A DNA stretch of 64,000 bases. Source: Lama glama (lineage: Eukaryota). The notes under the pieces were generated by a model, which saw only the letters and a program-made list of their open reading frames with translations, was not told the DNA's origin and did no database searches. The stretch lies in assembly GCA_028534125.1 (NCBI GenBank), contig CM052818.1:47556001-47620000 (forward strand). The letters run 5' to 3'. Position 1 is the stretch's first letter, and every line of letters begins with the position of its first letter. The position numbers and the translations under genes were made by a program. Positions 24,660 through 37,179 of the stretch are shown here, piece by piece.

Positions 24660-25130
24660 TAATCTATTCAGTAGCCATTTCTACCTTCCTTCTAACTCGC
24701 TGAGCAATGCCAGATTTTTTTCCTTTTCCCAGTCTCCCTGCAGCCATCTGTGGGCTTGTTACTCAACACTGTCCAGGGGACATCTCCATGGGGCTTCTGG
24801 GTAAACTTTTCTTTCCTGGTATAAAGAGAAATTTGTGGAGAAATTACCCCGTACCCTGCTTTATAATATGGTTAGTTGAGTTTGGCAGTTTTGGGGATCT
24901 GTGACTAGACAAATGTATAGGGAAGTGCCAACATACTAAGGAAAAGATAGAAGAAATTTGGAATGTGCTGGGATCCTAATCGCATTTTTGAGTCAATGAG
25001 TAAGGATCTGAGTGCTTGCCTTACCTCAGGATTCCATTAATATATGAGATAGTAAATAAATGCCCATATAATTTCATCTGTTTTTATTGAAGTGTGTTTT
25101 TACTGGTGGCCAAATTACCCTCACATATGC
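24660..25130 (+). mobile_element. Old MLT1 (I/J-like) LTR
   Basis: 'ttttcccagtctccctgcagccatctgtgggcttgttactc', ending 'tgtgtttttactggtggccaaattaccctcacatatgca'. Confidence 0.55.
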
Positions 25131-28100
25131 AGTAATTATCTGTTACATTTATTTTTCTTCCATCCCTTGTCAACATGAAATCCAACATTGGTTTCTGTCA
25201 CATGTGAAGCTATCAAAAGAGAGTGCACTTAAATAATTTTACTCTTAGAGGAGAACACACACTAAGTAAAAACTTCAAAACAGGGAAAACTGAAATTCTG
25301 CAGAGAGTTGATGTGCTTTAGGACAGAGAGGAAATTGCCGATTTTTCTGAATTTCCAATTACTTGGTGGTTCAAAATGTGTGAGGAGTCATATGCAGCTT
25401 ACGTCATGAGGGGAGTCATTGATGGCAATGGCATTCAAATCCTCCTTTGTTTTGGTACATGAAGAAATGGGCCTCGTATTTTCAAGCAATGTGACCTATA
25501 ATTTTATTTGGAGCATCTCACTGAATTTCCACAGCAACCCCACATGGTTGGAAACATCCTCATTTCAATAACGAGAAACTGGCGTTGAATGTATTTAACT
25601 AGGAGAACCAGATCAGGCATTATATATGAGAACTTGCCAAAACTGTCCTAGCAGCTGTGGCTGCTGCAGGAATGACAGCACTGCCTTGGGTCTGCAGGCC
25701 TTCGTTTCTGAAAGAGGAAACCAAGGCTCCCTTCACCACCACTGTCTTCTCAGTGAACGAGGGCAGTGATCAGGCGTCTAGTCCTTTCGTAAAGCACAGG
25801 TAAGTTAGTTCAAATATTGCATTGTGAACTAATTTTTAAAGTGATCGAAAATTGTTTACTTTGACTGTCATGTTGACCCCAGGGTCAGATAGTCGAATTC
25901 ACTGTATTTCGCATGAAATGTTTTTTAGGTCCATTTGACTTGACTTTCTTCCTTATGGATCTATCAAAGAATCACAGCTGTCTTTTCTCAAAAAGTAAGT
26001 ATTTCATATCGCAACCTGCACAGGGTAGGGCCTCTTTCTTCTAAAGAAAAATAAGACTGTGGTGCCTAAGTCTTGGGCGGCGAGGGAACGGCAGGTCACA
26101 CCTGGAGGACTCTCCGTAAACACCAGTGCCAGGTATTCGGAGCAGACCGGCAACACGAGACGGGGCGCGTGTGGCTTGCCGCCGTCCGCGTCGGCTGGGC
26201 CCCCTGATTTCTACCTAATCAAGATGTCTCCACATCCTCTTACCTGCACTTGGCAAAACTAGCTTTGGGAAACCATTTTTCCATTCTAGCAGTCCTTTAT
26301 CTTTTTCTTCAAGAAATGCTGATTTTAGTGTTGAATTATGCCTGATCGAAGTCGCTGATTTCTTGTCCTTTCTGAGTTACTATTTCTCCAATAACCTTGC
26401 AACCTGCCTTGACAACCCCAAACTGGCTTCCCTAGTTTTCTTTATTTCATTTCATCATTATTTCTTCTACGTGCTTCTAGTTCAAGGTTTATGAACCAGT
26501 CCTATGAGAAAACTCGTTTATCGCTGTATTTTAAAGAGTTGTGGGAAGGTGGGGATAATTGACATTATGAATAGCTTGCATTCAACGGAGCTAAAACTTG
26601 TATTGGTTTGTGACTGGCCCTTTAGTCTCTCTTAGGTGAAGACAATCTGACCATTTTGAGTTTGGGCCACTTATCTGCCCAAGTACAAGCTTTCATATAC
26701 CGATCACAACACAGACAAATTGTAGCTTCTCAGTTTCTACCAGTGGAGCAGTGTGCCATGCCCCAGATCCAGCAATTGGAGCAATATGCATTGTAGTCTG
26801 GTTTGCCATCATTTGTTGATGGACTAATCTGTTTGGGAAAATTATTCTTTCCTGGAAATGGGATGGAAAAAGAGCAGCACAAAGCAAATGCATTTGTATA
26901 CACAATGAATGCTCTGGGGTTAGGATGGTGATTTAGAATCTCACAGAGGAGATGCCTCCATGATGAATAATTTCAATTCACTCCAATTATTATGGGTTTA
27001 TTTTACTCTTGTAATTTATAAGAACTGCAAAGATCTCACTATGGGCTACTCACCAGGGCTTAGCAATTCACATCTGGGATATTTGAAAATATACTTTTCT
27101 ATCCAGTTGACTAAATTTAAAAAAAAACATGTTTGGTTAAGAAAGACGAATGAGACACAGGCTCGTCTGATGGTTACAGCGAGTCTGGCCACCATGATGA
27201 GAATTTTGCAAGGCGGAGGCCGTGAGGGAGATGCCAGCGTCAGAGACAGAGCGTGAGCATGGGGACGCTTCCTGCTGCTGTGAAGGGGGCGTGGGAACAA
27301 AGAAAGCATCACTCAGAGATTATGGGAGGTCCAGAGAAAGCGGGGTGATATGAAAGACAGAGTTGATGAGAGGGACCGTGGTCCCGTAAGAGCACAGAGG
27401 CAGACAGGGTAGAAGAGAGGCTCCTGCCGGACCCTTTCCTAAATACAGCTGGTGTCACCAGTCTTTCTACTCATCTCGCACCTCAGAAATCTACGTCACT
27501 CCTGACTCATGACAAGCCTCAAAGCTTGTCTGATTCTCAGAGATCTACTGATAGAAAGCACGGGACACCGGAGAAACTGGAAGACTGCTTCTGGGAAATA
27601 CGCATCCATCCTCACCATCGTCTGCATCTACGAGAATCAGAACGGTCCAGCTTTGATGCAGCAATGTTTCTCATATTGAAATCTCTTCTATTTCTCTGGC
27701 AATGAAGAGATTTTTTCATGCGTGTTAGGATGTAGAACTTGTATCATGATACTTACTGTGAGGTAGGTGGGCTGGGACAGAGATAATCTAGGAAACGTTA
27801 ACCATCTTTGAAAAAAATATATAATAAACAATAAAATCCACTTGAATTCACACCCAGATGGTCCCCAAGACTCTGAGCTGATCAGATAGTCACTTTATTG
27901 TAAGCTGTGAGCCCTCGGGGCGCCTTTCCACTGCACCCACCCTGCCTCTGGAGTCATCTCTGTGCTTAGTTGTTGAGTCATCATATTTGGCTACAGAGCC
28001 TCAGCTACTCCTGCTTCTGCGGCTGTTTGCAGACGTACCCTGTTTGTTTCTCCTTTCTTCCTCATGGGAACCCTATTCTGAAGCAGACGAGGAGCGCCCA

Positions 28101-28164
28101 CAGCCGGGTGCCCTGGCCAGCACAGTACTGCGATCATCGGGATGTCTTAGAAACACAGGCCGCT

Positions 28165-28340
28165 TCCCAGTTTTCAAAGCACCCTCCTGTTCTGTTTCAT
28201 ACGACAGCGTCACAGCACGCCAGGCGCGGAGATGTTCTTATTCTGCTGGTGAAGATCGTGAGAGCCAGTGGCCTGAACTACTCTGCTCACAGGCGCATAG
28301 TTAAGAGTAGCAGAAGGAGACTTGCATCTAAGACCAGCAT
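28165..28340 (-). mobile_element. MIR SINE, CpG-rich
   Basis: 'cagttttcaaagcacc...ctgctcacaggcgcatagttaagagtagcagaaggagacttgcatctaag'. Confidence 0.5.
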
Positions 28341-30816
28341 CAAGGAAAAACTGTGCAAAGTATTTGAAATCTGCCGAGTCTTGCGAGTGTTTGACCTCTT
28401 CATGTTAACTAACTAGCCTTAAATTTGCATAAAATATTCTGACAGTAACCACTACCTCGTGGTACGTAAATGATACTTCATTGGACAGGAAAAACAGAAA
28501 ACACACATGCACACACATGCTAAAACATTACATACCTAGATTACACAAACTTATAGTGATAACTGATTCTTGTGTCACCTGAAGATGCTGTTCATTTCCA
28601 AAGAAAGGAGGGAGTTGGCAAGAAAAGAAAGAAGCCCGTAGTTTACAAATAGAGCTGGATGCTCAGTAAGGCGTGGCTTTCTCGTACCGCTGTGTCTGTG
28701 CCGGCCAGTGTTGTAGGAACCCAGCAGAAGCTGCCTCTGAGAGCTCTGAGCACAGAGAGTGACCACGTCAAGGCGGTCCTCTAAGGGCCCCCCTGCAGAA
28801 CTTGCGGAGATGTCAGGCTGAATCTCTTCCCCTAAAGAATGATGTAGGCTGCAGTTCTACAAGGCCAGCAAATACCACAGTCATCGTTGAGGCTTACAAA
28901 TATACCAATTTCCTCTACCAAAACCGAACTAAGCCAAAACAAAACCAAAGAAAGGAAGAAAAGAAAAAGCCTTCGTCCACTGGGTTTTATGTAAAATGAC
29001 AATTGTCACAGGTGATACATGACAGGAATGCAAACAGCAGATGAAATTGAGGGGAGGGAAGAGTCGGTTTATTCCAATGACTCTTTATACGTCTATTGCT
29101 TCCATTTTCATGTAGGTTTCACACGGTGAATTGAGAAGGACCTGCAGGAGTCAGCAGGACATACAGGTCTATACGCACACATGTGTTTAATTCATAGTCC
29201 ACGAATTTTTACTAATACATTCAATACTATTAATTATATACAATTAACGGATAACAATATATAACATATAATTATATCTATTAGATGTAAGTCAGTGTAC
29301 AAAGCAAGGCAGGAGTTTACACTCCAGTTGCCAAGGGACCATTTGGGCGGCAGGAAAGCAGAGGTGGCCTGGCAGATCTATGTGATGCACTGAAGATGGG
29401 GTAATCACTGTAACAGAGCTCACACAGAGTGCTCTAAGTCTACAGGGAAAAAGTGATTTTTGTTTTTGCCAGAAGGAACACTGGACATTATGGAGGGTTG
29501 GACATTTGTGTGCTTTTTTTTATTTCTTATTTGCATATAAGAGAATTATGAATTTAGCATAAATTTTACATGATGAAAAGGCTTAGATTTGGAAAATTGG
29601 TGAGTTTTGCCCCATCAAAGGTAAATTGAGTCTGAGAAAAGCCGTTTCCTCGATGAGGAACCTGGTGGTGCATCTTACAATAAAACTGGCTCTCTCCTCG
29701 CAGTGAAATGCCATTACAGTGCCTGTGAAATGGCATGTTCTCGAGAGGTAATTGCAAATTTTTTTCCCAAGCTGAAATTTAGGAATAACCAAGCAGGCCT
29801 TGAAATCAAAAGCACCAGTTGGCTCCACGTCCCTGAGCAAATTTTTTTCCAGAAGTAAATAATTGTTACTGGCTGAAATGACATTCAGCTGAGGCGGAAC
29901 GGTCCTTCTGAGGCCCAGTGGGGTGCTAATGGTCAGATGGTGTGTCCTTCACTTGCTGGGATGTACGGCAGTGCGTTGAATCTTGCCCATTCTATTTGAA
30001 ACACTTAGCTTTTCAACAGGGAGTGCTCAGCAGGAGATGAAAATTGCTCTGGCATCCGAATGAAAACAAAGAGGAGAAAATGGAAACAAAATGGGTGAGC
30101 ACCATTCTCAGATGCGGAGGCTTATTTCTTCATCACCGTTAAAACTTCAGGAATTTGTTTTTGAAAATGTCTATAGTAAAATAGCACGTTCGGTCATGAA
30201 CAATGGCACGTTTAGTGACTATGAATCAACAGCAATACTGAATAATAGATGTATTTCAAAATGGAGAAGGCAGAAGGAAGGAAGGAATGGGGGGATGAAG
30301 GAAGGGAGGAGGGGAGGGAGGGGGGAAGCAGGAGAAAAAAAGGGGAAAGAATAAAAGGTTATGTCTGCAGCCAAATGAAACCAGTGAGATTTTTCTGTGC
30401 ATGTGTTTTGTTGCTGCACCTACAAGACCTTTTCAAAAAAGAGGAACTTTTGAAGCAAAAGTGCTTTTAAGATTCTGTTCAAAGATATTGGTGGGGAGAT
30501 ATACAAAAGCGAGTATAATATTGAATAAGAAGATAGCTGTAGAAGGAAAGAGGGAGAAGATGGAAAAGAAAAGAAGGAAAGGAAGGGAGGGAAAGAGGGA
30601 GGGAGGGAAAGAGGGAGGGAGGGAAAAAACATACTGCTTTTATTTAAAGAAAGAAATGATTCAAAGTATCTGCATTCGTCGTTCAAGCTCTGCAGCTTGG
30701 TATGTTAAGCAGTTCTGATCAGCTTTCTAGAGGAGACAAGGTTGTTTAGGAAGCAAGACGCATTTCTAAAGAACTGACACACAGAGGAACCATTTCGTTA
30801 GGACGTAATTCATGTG

Positions 30817-31237
30817 AAATGATGCCATTTGCAGCAACATGGATGGACCCAGAGATGATCATACTAAGTGAAGTAAGTCAGACAGAGAAAGACAAATACT
30901 ATATGATATCACTTACATGTGGAATTTTTAAAACATTACTCAAATGAACCTATCACAAAACAGAAACAGAGTTACAGAGATATGAAACAAATTTATGGTT
31001 ACCAAAGGGAAAAGGCGGGGAAGGGATAAATTAGGAGTTTGGGATTTGCAAATACACACTACTGTATATAAAATAGATAAACAGCAAGGTCCTACTGTAG
31101 AGCACAGGGGACCTTATTCAATATTTGTAATAACCCATAATGAAAAAGAATATAAAAGACAGTATTTATAACTGAATTGCTATGCTGTATACCAGAAGCG
31201 GACACAACATTGTAAATAACTCTACTTCATTAAAAAA
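30817..31237 (+). mobile_element. L1 3' end (artiodactyl-type), 5'-truncated
   Basis: 'atgccatttgcagcaacatggatggacccagagatgatcatactaagtgaagtaagtcagacagagaaagacaaata...acacaacattgtaaataactctacttcattaaaaaa'. Confidence 0.9.
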
Positions 31238-32271
31238 TGCATTCGTTACTGCATCCTTTTTTATTTCAAAATGGATAAAACTAAAAATATCTATTTAAGC
31301 AAACACAGCTCTTTACCAAGTAGCTTCTTTTTCATTGATCTAGAGAAAGAAAAGGGAGGTGGGGGTAAAATGTTGGCATAAGATCAGGAAATGTGATTAG
31401 GGCATGATCAAGTCCCAGCACGTGTACATGACAAGGTCACACCCTCTTGTACGATGCTTGTTTCACTGAAGGAAGATGCCGGTCCTCGGCTTGAAGCATC
31501 ACAGATTGCTGGGGTGAGTTTGCAAAATGACATCAGAGAAAACCCAGCACAGAACTGGAGCTGTCAGCCCAGCCTTGGTTCTTCACCTCCCAGCCACGCT
31601 TCTTGACTTTGGACCATCCGAAGAGCTCATCACATGAAGGAATCCAGGGCTACAGGGAGTGGTGGTGACTCCGTCCTCATCTGAAATGCCTTCACTCCAG
31701 GTTTGAAGCAGCAGTGGAACCAGGAGCCTGGTAAGAAAAGAAGAGTCCCAGGAGCATCCGAAGGCTTGAGTGGTTAGAGATCCAGCTGAATAGTGACATT
31801 AATCAAGAAGGCGTCACATCAGGAAGCGTGAGCGCTACTTCTGTGTCCCCGCAAATGGTCACCACCAAGCTATCTATCCAAACTGTGGAGCAGGAAAGGC
31901 TCAAAGGCCCCCTTTGTGCTCCCTGCATGCACAAGGCAGTGCTGCATCTTAGCTCATATGGATGTTCAGTGTTACTTGAATGCATATTCCGCTGCTGTGC
32001 TTCCTAGCGTAAGACAGAAAGATGGTTAGACACAGGACACGTCCCCTGCCCTCACAGTGAATGGGCTACAGAGACCAAAGGCATTAAGAGAACCGCAATG
32101 TGGGGAAGGCCGAATGATCGAACTGTGGGACATGGACCACTCTGATCACTAATGCTTTTTAGATATGTTTAGAGGTCAGAAACACAGCCAAATGTAATTC
32201 ATGTTTTTTTCTTTCAATTAATGTATTGATCACATGCTTACTGAATCCCATATGATTATATCAGTACTTGA

Positions 32272-32483
32272 CCAGAATTTCTCAAACTTACTATGTTTAA
32301 GTATCACTTAGGATCTTTGTTAAAAATGCATATATTATATTTTTAGGTGCATGAGGTTTTTGGGGTTTTTTTGTTTTGGGTATTTTTTTTTTAATTTATG
32401 TGTTAACTCAGGAGTCTGCCTATTCAGTAGGGCCCATGTGATTCTAATGCAGGCAGGCCTCCTCTCATACTTGGAGAAACACC
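32272..32483. mobile_element. MER5A hAT-Charlie
   Basis: 'cagaatttctcaaactt...atcacttaggatctttgttaaaaatgca...gtgattctaatgca...acttggagaaacacc'. Confidence 0.75.
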
Positions 32484-33879
32484 GTAGAGTAAAGATCTCT
32501 ACCCAGTTTGTTAAACACTTGAGCTTCATAAAGAAGCATGTCACATGGTTGATGTTTAATAAGTATGTATTAAATGAATGAATGACCACAATTCCTTATC
32601 CGCCAGGCCAGTTCTTAGAATCTGAAAACTGATAAACCACTGGACTAGGTACGTGTCAGTATCCAGTGTCTGATGTAGAGTGGAGACTCTGTGAAGGGTA
32701 TATTGATGGAAATGGTTGAGGATTAAGGCCAGAATTAAGCACTTGGCACCAGACAAAAAATGAAAACATGATTTCTACATACAGTAGAACACATGGTGCT
32801 TTCAGAAATTGGGGAAGAAATGCCCATCGCACCTCTGTCCACTCCAGGACCCCCTCCGAGACCCACCCTTGCTCATCAGGACGCCCACCCAGCCCCTCCT
32901 CCTCTTTGCCAGCACCTCACTTCCACCCTCAGATTGGCTAGTTCATGAGTGATCATCTGATGGGAAAGAAATCCACTCAGTCTTCTAAAAACCTATACAT
33001 TTTAATGAAAGATGTGAGGATCATCAGTTCCTCTCTCAGAACTTGGGAACTGAGTGGTCAGAGAAAGACCTAGAAGCTTCTGAGAAAGAGAGAGAGATTC
33101 CAAGTTGGAGGGACCCGCAGGTCGGGTTACACGGTGCTTGCGGGGTTGGAGCCATGTTGAAAATGTTCCCATAACCCAAGAAGTTAGCTCTTTTCCCACA
33201 GGCACTGAAAGGCCATCTGAGATTATTAATCAGAGCTGTCTCTCAGTCAGTTTTATGTTTTGAATAAATTACTCCAAACGAAGAGCAAATGCGTGAGAGG
33301 GCAAATATGTGATTAGAGCAAGAAGGTCAGTGGTGAGGTTCCTGCGGGAGCCAAAGCCAGGGTGGGAGACTCGCGCCGGGGCGCTGGCGGTGGGGGCTGG
33401 GAAGAGGAGGGACAGATGGAAGGCAATGCATTTAGGAGGTGGAACTGGCAGAGTTCAGACAACCCGTGGTCGTGTTTTGAGAATTTCCCAAAGACATTCC
33501 CAAGCTGAATCCTCTGACTGCCCGTTTCCCACATGCCCGTTGGTATGTGTGTCATTATCTTCTCGTGTCCCTCCTGGGAGGGAACAAAATACAGGATCGA
33601 TGTCGTAAACAGCTCTCTGCACCGCGGAGGTTAAGAAGGTGGAACAGATTTACAGCGATCTTGACAGTCACTGACGCCTAGCTCTCTTCTTGCTCATTGC
33701 CCCTGGTAAGGACCTGTGGGCTGGCCCAGAAAACATCAGTAGTATAAGGAGGCCCCAGAGGGCAATCCTTTGTGCTGCTCCAAGACAGCCAAATGGCTCT
33801 GGCTTTGACATTTTTGTTCACTCGGATTCAGCCTGGGCTGCAGACAGTCTTTGCCTGCTTTGGGAAAATGCTCAACTAC

Positions 33880-36100
33880 CACTCCCACTGCAACCTCCCA
33901 GTACCCTTCCCAGTCGGTTCTTAGCCTTGCGGGAAGGTACCCACGATCCGCTTACTCGTTGTACGAGTGAGATTCGTCTTTCCTAGATTCTGCACAAATG
34001 GAATTGTGTCCATGTTCTCTTTTGCCTGGCTTTTTTTGTTCAGCATAGTATTTCTGAGCTTTATTCATATTCACATGACATTACTTAATTCCTTGTTATT
34101 GTTAATATCATTCCATTATACGCGTATTTTGCATCTTGTTTACCCATTCCCATGATGACGGACGTTTGGGTTGTTTCCAGGCGAACGCTATAATGAATAA
34201 AGCTGTTACGCACACTGGTGTGCATATGGATGTGTCTTTTGTGGATTATGTATTTGTGGATGTATATATTTTGAGGATATGTATTTTTATTTCTCTTGTG
34301 TAAATACCTAGGCAGAGAATCGTTGGGTGGGTCACGCAGTAAGTTTCTGGTTAAACTTGTAAGAAACTGCTAAATAATTTTCGTTGTCATCATTTGATGT
34401 TCTCATCAGCAACGTACGAGAGTTCCTTGGCCCTCACTGGGTGCTGTCAGCTTTATTTATATTTTAGCCATCCAAGTGGGTGTGTAGTTATAGCTCATTA
34501 GGGTTTTACCTTAAATTTCCATGATGATTAGTGATATTTCATAGTTACTCATGTGTTTATTGACAACTCACAAAACTTTTTTTTGGGTTAGTACCTGTTC
34601 AACTTACTTTAATGGGTTTATTCATCTTTTTAATTGCTGAATTCTAAGCGTATTTTCACTTATTCTATATATGAGTCCTTTGGGGGAAAATATATATGCA
34701 ATATTTCTCACAATATGTGATTTTCTTTTTTTTTTTGTAACTATGCCTTTTGAAAAACAGAAATTGACAGCATTTTTTGCATTTTTCTTTAATAGGTATT
34801 GCCTATTATGTCAAATCTTTGTCAACTCCAAAGTCACAAAGATTTGTTTCTTAAATTTGCTCTAAAAAATTATAGTTTTAACTTTTAGATTTAGTTGAAC
34901 AATGTATTTTGCATTATTTTTTGTGTATACCATATACTGTTGAGAGTTACCTATTTTCATATCACTACCCAGTTTTCCCAATCCCATTTCTTGAAAAGAC
35001 TATTCTCCATTAAATTCTTTTTGCCCTTTTGTTGAAAATCAATTAGCCACACGAGTGGTTTTATTTCTGAACTCTCCTTTGTGTTTCACTGGTCTTTCTC
35101 TCTGTATACATACATACAAATGTGTGTATATATATATATATTCATACTATTTTGATTGCAGGAGCTTTATAGTATGTGCTAAATTTAAGTAGTTGAAGTT
35201 CTCTGATTTGCCCTGCCTAAAATAAGCACCTCTGAATTCACAATGTAAATCTTCGCATCTGTTTGTCAAAGTCTACAAGAATCTTCTGAGAGTTCCACTG
35301 GGTTCGTGTTGAATCAGTAGGTCATTTTGCAGAGAATTAGCGTCTTAACAACACTGAGTCTTCTGATGGGTGAGTGCATGCTTTAGTTTGCAAGGACCGC
35401 CGTAACAAAGTGCCGCGGGCTGAGCGCCTACTCAGCGAGACCTCATTTCCTCATGGTTCTGGAGGCTAAGAGCCCAACACCCAGGTGTTGGCTGGCTTGG
35501 CTTCTCCCCATGGTTTGTGAACGGCCACCTTCTCCCTGTGTCCTCGTGTGGTCATTGCTCTGTGGACACTTACCTCCAGTGTGTCTTTCTCTTCTTAAAA
35601 GGACACCAACCAGTCCTGTTGTATGAGGACCCCACCCTGATGGCCTCATTTTAACTTAGCCACCCCTTTAAAGTCTCGTTTCCAAATACAGTCACATTCT
35701 GACATATTGGGTGTTACAGCTACAACATGTGGATTCTGGGGGAAAAATGTAGTCCATAACCACACATAACCCATGTATTTATTTAATTTTTCTTAGTAAT
35801 ATTCTGGCAGTGTTCAGTGTATAGTTCTTGTACATTATTTGGCTAATTTGTCCCCAATTATTCATATTTGAGTGTTGTGTGTATTTTAAAATCGCTACCT
35901 CTGGTTGTCCATTGCTAGTACATAGAAGTACGACCCTCCATATTTTACTATCTTACGACACTGCTAAACTCATTGTTTTTAGTTCTAGAGGCATTTTATT
36001 AGAGTCTGGATAACCGTGTTGCCTGAGAACTAAGGTGTTTAGTCATGTTGTCTGAAAACGGAGGTGTTTTTGATTTGCTTTTTCTAATCTACATGCATTT
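33880..36100 (-). mobile_element. Old L1 (L1MD/ME-like) ORF2-3'UTR, interrupted by MLT1
   Basis: 'gacgtttgggttgtttccag...atgaataaagctg', 'ccatttcttgaaaagactattctcc', 'ttgtccattgctagtacatagaa'. Confidence 0.8.
35375..35762 (-). mobile_element. MLT1A/B MaLR LTR nested in L1
   Basis: 'ccgtaacaaagtgccgc...cctcatggttctggaggctaag...aggaccccaccctgatggcctcattttaactt...tccaaatacagtcacattctga...gtccataacca'. Confidence 0.85.
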
Positions 36101-36245
36101 TAGCTTTTATTCTTTTTTTTTTACCTTTTTATTGATTCATAATCATTTTACAGTGTTGTGTCAAATTCCAGTGTTCAGTACAATTTTTCAGTCATACATG
36201 GACATATACACACTCATTGTCACATTTTTTTCTCTGTGATTTATC

Positions 36246-36745
36246 NNNNNNNNNNNNNNNNNNNNNNNNNNNNNNNNNNNNNNNNNNNNNNNNNNNNNNN
36301 NNNNNNNNNNNNNNNNNNNNNNNNNNNNNNNNNNNNNNNNNNNNNNNNNNNNNNNNNNNNNNNNNNNNNNNNNNNNNNNNNNNNNNNNNNNNNNNNNNNN
36401 NNNNNNNNNNNNNNNNNNNNNNNNNNNNNNNNNNNNNNNNNNNNNNNNNNNNNNNNNNNNNNNNNNNNNNNNNNNNNNNNNNNNNNNNNNNNNNNNNNNN
36501 NNNNNNNNNNNNNNNNNNNNNNNNNNNNNNNNNNNNNNNNNNNNNNNNNNNNNNNNNNNNNNNNNNNNNNNNNNNNNNNNNNNNNNNNNNNNNNNNNNNN
36601 NNNNNNNNNNNNNNNNNNNNNNNNNNNNNNNNNNNNNNNNNNNNNNNNNNNNNNNNNNNNNNNNNNNNNNNNNNNNNNNNNNNNNNNNNNNNNNNNNNNN
36701 NNNNNNNNNNNNNNNNNNNNNNNNNNNNNNNNNNNNNNNNNNNNN
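36246..36745. other. Assembly gap (500 N)
   Basis: Run of N. Confidence 1.
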
Positions 36746-37179
36746 CGCCCAGATTATGCAGCCTGGCCCTGCCCGCCGCTGCCGGCCCGCGTCTCAGGCT
36801 GGGTGTCGGGGGGACGCTCTGTGCCCGTTTAACTTAGCTCTGTCAGACAAGGGCTGCTCTGTACAGATCCGAGCCTCGGAGGCTCCCCCTCCGTCCCGCT
36901 GGCCTCTCAGTTGGAGAGGGGAGACCCAGCGAGCAAGCGCCAGTCCTCCTTTGCCGCTCCCTCCCCGCGGGACCCGTCCGCGCTGCTTTGCCTTTTGTTC
37001 TTTCTTTTTTCCTTTTCTCCTACCAGATTTTTGGCGTCTTTATCTTTTGAAGAGGGCGATGATCTGTTGGAGTTCCGCAGGTGCTCTGGTTGGCTGAGTG
37101 GGTCTGTAGATGTGGGTCTTGGTGTATTTGTGGGAGAGGGTGGCTTACAAGTGTCCTTCTACTCCGCCATCTTGCCCGG
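36746..37179 (-). promoter_or_regulatory. L1 5'UTR internal promoter (CpG-rich, YY1 site)
   Basis: CAAGATGGCGG YY1 motif at the 5' end (plus strand ccgccatcttg, 37164-37174); undecayed CpGs in 36746-36985. Confidence 0.7.

Larger units (their letters stand above)
36116..37179 (-). mobile_element. Young, probably full-length L1 with its interior missing in the assembly gap
   Basis: Poly-A tail and 3'UTR left of the gap; CpG-rich 5'UTR right of it starting (minus strand) CCGGGCAAGATGGCGGAGTAGAAGGAC; perfect 15-bp TSD TAGCTTTTATTCTTT at 36101-36115 and 37180-37194. Confidence 0.85.

Noticed and set aside
27679..27713. 10-bp inverted repeat AAATCTCTTC/GAAGAGATTT; similar 8-bp one at ~46154-46184
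   Set aside because: Stems are too short for a pre-miRNA and are plausible by chance in 64 kb.
36158..36837. Longest ORFs in the track (224 aa and 206 aa)
   Set aside because: Artefacts of translating through the N gap between L1 ends.
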